DNA of 64,000 nt, taken from IMG/VR virus record IMGVR_UViG_2802429268_000001; one strand, given 5' to 3'. Source of the DNA: an uncultured virus (IMG/VR IMGVR_UViG_2802429268_000001) (taxonomy: Duplodnaviria; Heunggongvirae; Uroviricota; Caudoviricetes). The position numbers and the translations under genes are program-made. The notes beneath the pieces are model-generated. The model was not told the DNA's origin. It saw only the letters and a program-made list of their open reading frames with translations, and ran no database searches. Each line of letters starts with the position of its first letter. Position 1 is the first letter of the stretch. Positions 57,657 to 64,000 of this stretch are shown in pieces.

Positions 57657-58556
57657 ATGAAAAAGCGTATTCTGTTCACCGGCGGCGCCGGCAAGGCCGG
57701 GCGGCATGCGGTGCCCTATCTCGTCGAGGCGGGCTATGAAGTGCACAATGTCGATCTCGTGCCGCTCGACAGTCCCGGCGTCACCAATCTGATCGCCGAC
57801 ATCACCGACGGCGGCCAGATGTTCAACGCGCTTTCCATGCATCGCGATTTTCCCGATCTCGATCCGGGGCGGGGGCCGCAAGGCTTCGACGCCGTCGTTC
57901 ACTTCGCCGCCGTTCCGCGAATTCTCATCAAGCCGGACAATGAGACCTTCCGGGTCAATGTAATGGGAACCTATAATGTGATCGAAGCGGCGGTGAAGCT
58001 CGGGATCCGCAAGATCATCATTGCCTCCAGCGAAACAACCTACGGCGTTTGCTTCGCCGAGGGCCACCGGGACTTCCATCACTTTCCGCTCGAGGAGGAC
58101 TACGACGTCAATCCAATGGATTCCTACGGGCTTTCCAAGGTGGTGAACGAGCAGACGGCACGGGCTTTCGCGGAGCGTTCCGGATTCGATATCTATGCCT
58201 TGCGCATCGGTAATGTGATCGAGCCGCACGAATACGAGCACTTCCCGCACTATTTCGCGCATCCGGACATCCGCAAGCGGATTGCATGGAGTTATATTGA
58301 CGCGCGCGATCTTGGCCAGATCGTCAAGCTCTGCATCGAAAAAGACGGGCTCGGCTTTGCAATCTTTAACGCCGCGAATGACACCGTCTCTGCCGATACG
58401 CCGTCTCGCGAGCTTGCCAAGCGCTTCTACCCGAATGTTCCGTTCAAGCGGGAGATCGGCGAGTTCGAGGGACTTCTTTCGAATCGTAAGATTCGCGAGG
58501 TGCTCGGCTTTGAGGAACAGCATGACTGGCGAAAATACGTGCGCGTCGACCGCTGA
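57657..58556 (+). CDS. NAD-dependent epimerase/dehydratase
   Basis: TGGAGKAG; YGLSK. Confidence 0.92.
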   Translation: MKKRILFTGGAGKAGRHAVPYLVEAGYEVHNVDLVPLDSPGVTNLIADITDGGQMFNALSMHRDFPDLDPGRGPQGFDAVVHFAAVPRILIKPDNETFRVNVMGTYNVIEAAVKLGIRKIIIASSETTYGVCFAEGHRDFHHFPLEEDYDVNPMDSYGLSKVVNEQTARAFAERSGFDIYALRIGNVIEPHEYEHFPHYFAHPDIRKRIAWSYIDARDLGQIVKLCIEKDGLGFAIFNAANDTVSADTPSRELAKRFYPNVPFKREIGEFEGLLSNRKIREVLGFEEQHDWRKYVRVDR

Positions 58557-58758
58557 GCTGGTTCATTCAAGTCGCAAGGAAAGGCGCGGTGCCGGCGGGG
58601 CGCGAGCACCCTCGCGAGAGAGAGGCGGGGAGCGGCGCGGAAATTTTCCCGGATTTTTCCGCTTTTGTTGCAAATGCGCTTGAAAGCGCCCGTCAAACTG
58701 AATATGAAGCCGCTGACTTGAGGCGCTTCCCGCGGTATTTGGATGGCGCCACGATCAT

Positions 58759-58834
<76 letters not shown>

Positions 58835-58930
58835 TTTCTTTCAAGCACTTGGCATAGACAAGCCGCGGAAACGGGCTCTCCAGCGCAATCTGGACAACGG
58901 ATTTGGACAACGGGGGCGGCACCGGTCTCC

Positions 58931-59242
58931 TCAAGGCCGTTCCTCCGGGCTCGTTCCCGGACCCGTCGAAGCGGAACCCGCGTCGGTGCGGGCGGCGGTT
59001 GCGTTTCGCTCGGACTTCCTGAACCTGCGTGCCGCCAGGTGCTCCCACCGTGCCCGCGCCTGCTCCTTCCCGGACGGCAGCGCCAGAATCCAGGCCCAGA
59101 CGTCGCCACCCAGCCACCTCAGATCACCGCCGGGCAGCCGAAGGGCGCCGGGGAAGCGACCGTCGCCTTCGTAGCGCCAGAGGGTTGTGCGCGAAAGCCC
59201 GGTGATGAGCTCCACCTCCCTGCGCCTGAGCAGTCGCATCAT
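58931..59242 (-). CDS. AlpA-family regulator/excisionase
   Basis: RLLRRREVELITGLSRTTLWR...FP...RW. Confidence 0.8.
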   Translation of the reverse strand: MMRLLRRREVELITGLSRTTLWRYEGDGRFPGALRLPGGDLRWLGGDVWAWILALPSGKEQARARWEHLAARRFRKSERNATAARTDAGSASTGPGTSPEERP

Positions 59243-59986
59243 CTCGTCCCATCCCATGGGTTGCCTCCAAAGCGCAAGCTGTAGCGTTCGCGTTCCGGCA
59301 TCGGGAACGCGGCACTCAGTCGAATGATTTGACGGTTGAGGTGATCCTAGCACTAAAATTCCACGACGTAAAGCCTATCTGGATTTGTGTTCTACCGAAG
59401 CGCCGAATGAAGTCGAATGGGCGACCATAATTGTTGACATAAGGAAAAATCGTTCCGAAACGAATCCAGTGGCCCTGCGGCTCTGCGAATGCGGGCGGAC
59501 CGACGCCGATCACGGCAATAAAAGTTGACATTGGCCGCGCATGATCGTAATGCTTACAGAGTGAGCATAATGTTTTGATTTAGGGACTCGTTGTTTGCGA
59601 CGGGTGGACGTCGCTGTTTGGGCGCGAATCCTTCAGGGATTCGAGTACGCCATGGACGTCGGCGGCGACGGGAGGCGGTCTCGGCGTGACGGCGCCGGAT
59701 CCGGCGGACGGGGCGCCGAGACGTCCCAATCCTGAGGAGGTATCCGGAGAACGCGGAGCGACACGGCAATCGAAAGGACAGGATGTCGTCGAGATGATGC
59801 GCGCCCGTCGGCGCGAGCAGGATTCCTCTGACCAACCCGAGGTCATTCCGACCCCGCGGTTGCGACGCCGGGGCTCCCGCTTCGGCCGCCTCCGATACAT
59901 CGGCAGGAACTCCGCCCTTGCGGGGAATGAACGTGAACTCGCGACGGTGCGAGACGTGAGCAGGAAAGCGCTTGAACTTTCATTGG

Positions 59987-60271
59987 ATGGACAGCGAGAC
60001 GGTAGAACGCCTTCTCGAAAGCATTCACAGCGCGAACGCGGGGGGGCTGGACCAAGCCGTCATCGCGGAAGCCCCCTTGCTGGAGTGCTATAGGACCGCT
60101 GTGGGGCACGCATTCGCCCTGACTGGCATCGTGCAGGGGCATCCCCGCATCGATGACGGACGCAGGGTCGTCACCAGCCAGCTTTTCTACTTGGATCCGA
60201 ACCTGGGCATCGCCCGGACGATGAACCGGTGGTATCGCCTCGGCGCCCGCGACAGAAGCTGGGGGCAATGA
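59987..60271 (+). CDS. DUF6634-like protein
   Basis: AP.L..Y..LTG.V.GHP..DG..VTS..ART.NRWYRLG. Confidence 0.7.
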   Translation: MDSETVERLLESIHSANAGGLDQAVIAEAPLLECYRTAVGHAFALTGIVQGHPRIDDGRRVVTSQLFYLDPNLGIARTMNRWYRLGARDRSWGQ

Positions 60272-60272
60272 G

Positions 60273-62129
60273 ATGAGGTTCGAGATTGATCGCGCGCTCG
60301 CCCGAAAGCAATCCGGGGATCCCGGCATATTCCTCGCGTCCTGCACTCTCGTGCGCGCACTGCGGGCCGCCGGGCTGTTCCGGTCTGGTGCCACCGGATT
60401 TGTCATCTTCGTGGTCCCAAGGGGCTACCGCACGCAGGAATACGAAGCGGCAGCATTGAGCCTCCTGGGACCCGAGCGTGGTGATTGGCTGGACCAGCAG
60501 GTCAAAGTTCAGTTTGCCAATCCACCCAGGAAGAAGGGCGTCCCCCAAAAGCGCGTGTCCGTATTCGACCTCACGGGGCTGGAGGTGCTGATCGCCAGGG
60601 ACATCGGCGAGCTCCCGAAAGACGTGCGCTTTGCAGCCACGGCGGTTATGCTGGTGGAGCGGCCAACGCCGGGACACATCAATGCCGTACGCCGGCTCTC
60701 GGGGCGGACGCCATTCTCCCGGGAGGTGGCAACTCTACTGGCAGAAAAGCCGCAGAACGCCCTTCTCGCCGCGGTTCTTCAGCCGAACATGGCTGAAGGC
60801 AGGATTGGCGAAGTCAACGATTTGAATCGCTGCGAAACCGGCGCGCCAAGCCTCTTCGAATTGCCGGGGTATGAGGAACTGAAGCCGTGGGCGAGAAGGC
60901 TCTCGTCTGACCTCGCCCGCTGGCGGAGCGGCGAGCTGCCCTGGAGACTTGTCAATCGGGGCGCCCTCATATCCGGCCCTCCCGGGACCGGCAAGTCCCT
61001 CTTCGCGTCGGCGCTGGCCAACGCGCTTGGTGTGAAGCTGATCTCGACCACGATAGGGAGCTGGCAGTCAGAAGGCCATCTCGATGACACGCTCGCGGCG
61101 ATGAGGAAGAGCTTCAGCGATGCCGATGACGGGGAGGGCTCGGTCCTGTTCATTGATGAATTCGATAGTATCGGAAGGAGATCCGCTCGTCCCACTCACC
61201 GCAATGACCACTATTGGCAGGTCGTCCTCAACGATTTTCTCTACCTGTTGAGCAACCTGGGCGATGGCGTGGTGGTGATCGGGGCCACAAATCTTCCCGA
61301 GTGGATCGATCCAGCTATCTTGCGCGCCGGGCGCCTCGAAAATCAGTTCGAGCTAGCTCTCCCAGACCACAAGTCGCGGGCCGGGATCTTAAAGCATCAT
61401 GCTGGTGATGCCATATCGCTCGATTCCCTGTCCGATATCGCCGAGAACTTGGACGGCGCCTCGGGGGCTGACCTCGAGAAGCTGGTGCGCGATGCACGCG
61501 AGGCTGCGCGAAGCGAGGATCGAGAGCTGGAACTACGGGATCTCATCAACCGCCTCCCGGAGAAAATGCGATACACGGCGGAACAGCAGCTCAGGCTTGC
61601 GGTCCACGAAGCCGGACATGCCCTGGTCTCGCTCGCGCTGGGATATGCAACGAGCGTGACCATCGAGATCAAGGACAGCTTTGATCCGACTGCAACAGAG
61701 TTTCTTGGGGGGCTGGCATCATACACCCTGGTTCCGGATCACTTTCCAACGGAAACGAGTCTGCGCAATCGCATCGCAGTGAGCTACGCCGGGATGGCGG
61801 CTGAGGCAGCGGTGTACGGCGATCGGTCAGTCGGCTCGGGTGGCACGGTTGGCAGCGATGTCGAACGGGCGACCTCAATTGCCCGGCGGATGGTTGGAAG
61901 CTTTGGGCTCGGCAAGACGCCAATTTTTCTCGGCACTCCTAAAGACCTCGGAAACGGGCCGCTGCCCGAACGGCTGGAAGCGGAAGTGGCGCAAATGCTG
62001 TCGGAGGAGTGGGAGCGGGTGCTCGCGATGCTCACGGAGGGGCAGAAACGCATCCTTGACCTGGCGGCCGAAGTCGTCACCAATCGTTCGGTGAGGATCG
62101 AGCGCGATGGAATAGCGGAGGCCGCCTAG
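60273..62129 (+). CDS. Soluble FtsH-like AAA+ ATPase with M41 peptidase domain
   Basis: GPPGTGKS, FIDEFD, ATN..DPAILRAGRL, HEAGH; no TM helices. Confidence 0.88.
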   Translation: MRFEIDRALARKQSGDPGIFLASCTLVRALRAAGLFRSGATGFVIFVVPRGYRTQEYEAAALSLLGPERGDWLDQQVKVQFANPPRKKGVPQKRVSVFDLTGLEVLIARDIGELPKDVRFAATAVMLVERPTPGHINAVRRLSGRTPFSREVATLLAEKPQNALLAAVLQPNMAEGRIGEVNDLNRCETGAPSLFELPGYEELKPWARRLSSDLARWRSGELPWRLVNRGALISGPPGTGKSLFASALANALGVKLISTTIGSWQSEGHLDDTLAAMRKSFSDADDGEGSVLFIDEFDSIGRRSARPTHRNDHYWQVVLNDFLYLLSNLGDGVVVIGATNLPEWIDPAILRAGRLENQFELALPDHKSRAGILKHHAGDAISLDSLSDIAENLDGASGADLEKLVRDAREAARSEDRELELRDLINRLPEKMRYTAEQQLRLAVHEAGHALVSLALGYATSVTIEIKDSFDPTATEFLGGLASYTLVPDHFPTETSLRNRIAVSYAGMAAEAAVYGDRSVGSGGTVGSDVERATSIARRMVGSFGLGKTPIFLGTPKDLGNGPLPERLEAEVAQMLSEEWERVLAMLTEGQKRILDLAAEVVTNRSVRIERDGIAEAA

Positions 62130-63053
62130 CGGCATCCGGGCGATGCCATCCGTTCGCTAGCGGCACCGCCATTGCAGCGGCAGGGCATTCAGCCGGCCGC
62201 TGGTGGAGGGCGTATGCACACTCGTTGCTGAGATAGTGAACGGTTGGCGGCTGCTGCGAAATCGGAGTCAGGCATGTCACACGGCGGAAAGGACGATGCA
62301 GGCAAGGCCGGCGACGCCGGCCGGATCGGCGAAGAGGCAGACCACGACGAAACGCTCGGCGAAGCTTTGTCAAGAGAGGGATTCGAGCCGGCCAAAGTCG
62401 GTCGCAAAGTCATGTCGCAAGGGAGACGCAGAGAGCCTTTGAAGAAGGGGCCTCCCAAAGGCTCCAGCAGGTAGACGTTTCCGGAATGTGACCGATATGC
62501 GCGCTCCTTCTCCCCCCCCGACTTCCACTACCGAAGCTTGATCCATCGGCAGTCTTCCTTCCTCGAGGCACGTGCGGCTCTATTAACCGCATACCGTCAT
62601 CCCGTCCGCCAGGGTGGGCGCATGGGCTGCGCCATCGGCGAACCCGCCGCCGAGCGCAGGCTCCGGCACTGATTGTTCAAGACCCGGAAATACTGGCCGG
62701 CGCGATTTCGAAACGTGGGATCGGATCATTGTGCTGCTGGATGCTCAGGTGCGAGGGATAGCAGAAGCGCTCCCATCGCCGCCCGTGGATATGAAATGCG
62801 TTTGGGGGTTGCCTCGATGCGATCGTCTATGCCCTGGGGCGGCGCTTGCGTCCTCGATGGCTTGGCGAAGGCGGATGGGATCAGGTTTCGGCAATATGGG
62901 TGGGCAACGGGATTGCGTAGGGCGTCTCGTAAAATAATAAGTAATCAATCTTCGATGCGATGAAGAGCTTGGCCTATCATAGGGTCCTGTGACCTGCGCT
63001 CTCCGCCGTAGAAGGCAACTGGACGGCCTATCTTTCGTATTCTAGGAGCTGTT

Positions 63054-63287
63054 ATGGACGCGCAAGCACTCATCGAATTCAGGAAGAACATCGACTTCAT
63101 GGAGATCATGTTTCGGATGTCATGCGCTTCGACGCGCTTGGCGTTTGGGGCGGGCCTTGAGCAGCTTTCAGTTCTCAACCACGGCAATAACGATGCCGAC
63201 GTTGAGGAAGGCCGCCGACGCTTGCGCGCCGCCATTACCTCACAACTCGCCGAATTCGAGAAGCTATTGGAGCTCGTGGGCGAGTAG
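63054..63287 (+). CDS. Hypothetical protein
   Basis: AGGAG RBS. Confidence 0.55.
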   Translation: MDAQALIEFRKNIDFMEIMFRMSCASTRLAFGAGLEQLSVLNHGNNDADVEEGRRRLRAAITSQLAEFEKLLELVGE

Positions 63288-63384
63288 TCCTGGTCTTCGG
63301 TTTCACGTCTCTTGTTCGCCGATCCCGCCCGCTCTACGCTCGCCCGCACGCGCCGGATTCGGCAGACGAGGGCAGGGGCAATTT

Positions 63385-64000
63385 GTGAAGGGCATTTTCG
63401 ACACCAAACGCGATTCTGGGTACGACGACGAGATCGCGTTTCGGTACCATTTTCCTAAACGTTACCGCCCGATCGCCGAGACACTGGTTGGCGACCGGGT
63501 CATCTATCGCGAGCCCCGTCGTAATGGCGGAAGACAGGCGTATGTCGCGACGGCTAAGGTAGTGCAGGTGAACGACGATCCCCTCCGACTGGGGTTCGCA
63601 TACGCTGCTATGGCCGAATACCAGGAGTTCGATGAACCCGTGCCATTCTTCCAGGGCGGCCGCTATTGGGAAACGGCACTGCTAGTGGTCGCAGATCCCA
63701 GCCGTGTCGGGGCCTTTCTTCAGGGAAAGTCCATTCGCACAATTCCGGAAAGCGACTTCGCAGCGATCGTCCGCGCCGGGCTGTCCGAGACACTGGCGGC
63801 CGACAACGCCATTAGGCTCGAACTTGACCCTCGACACGTCGACGGCCCCACGCAGGAACTTCTCGACCTCCCGCTCGTGGACCAGGAGCGCCGCATCGAG
63901 CAGATCCTGACGAATCGCAAGATCCGAGAAGCAAGCTTTCGGCGAAAGGTCTGCGATGCCTACGATAGCCGCTGTGCAATCACTGGACTGCGGATCGTCA
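63385..64000 (+). CDS. HNH restriction-endonuclease-like protein (runs off the window)
   Basis: Open frame from GTG: YDD..RYHFP..Y.EPRR N-domain; R..SFRRKV..AYDSRCAITG. Confidence 0.8.
   Translation, partial: MKGIFDTKRDSGYDDEIAFRYHFPKRYRPIAETLVGDRVIYREPRRNGGRQAYVATAKVVQVNDDPLRLGFAYAAMAEYQEFDEPVPFFQGGRYWETALLVVADPSRVGAFLQGKSIRTIPESDFAAIVRAGLSETLAADNAIRLELDPRHVDGPTQELLDLPLVDQERRIEQILTNRKIREASFRRKVCDAYDSRCAITGLRIV

Larger units (their letters stand above)
58835..64000. mobile_element. Start of a genomic island integrated at tRNA-Trp
   Basis: secE/nusG, usual after this tRNA, are absent; AlpA, AAA protease and HNH instead; TGGACAACGG direct repeats at 58891 and 58904. Confidence 0.75.

Overview
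The window is dominated by a complete ~54.8 kb temperate siphovirus-like prophage in a Rhizobiaceae-like alphaproteobacterial host. It is integrated at the 3' half of tRNA-Gly(TCC) upstream of tuf. Positions 1-408 are identical to 54834-55241, so the left junction is attP-like, implying a tandem copy or a circular-form/assembly artefact. The modules are: integrase/excisionase; leftward early genes (SLOG, HNH, DUF5131, RecT/RecE); a CI/Cro switch with TACG-N7-CGTA operators; rightward genes (GapR-like, GcrA-like, RuvC-like, SNF2 helicase, MTase, DnaB); an unannotated ncRNA cluster at 23.37-24.04 kb; head genes containing a glycosyltransferase/FkbM cluster; a tail with a GTA-type tip; a reverse-strand moron (PAP2 enzyme, fatty-acid hydroxylase, ICMT-like methyltransferase, Flp-pilin-like peptide); and a lysis cassette. 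The ncRNA cluster holds a 105-nt CCA-ending tRNA-Ala/tmRNA-TLD mimic, a type I hammerhead ribozyme, tRNA-Trp and another structured RNA, and is the strongest candidate for an undescribed system. Host DNA follows (tuf, epimerase, tRNA-Trp), then the start of a second island at tRNA-Trp (AlpA, FtsH-like AAA protease, HNH nuclease). All calls come from reading motifs by eye; no searches were run.
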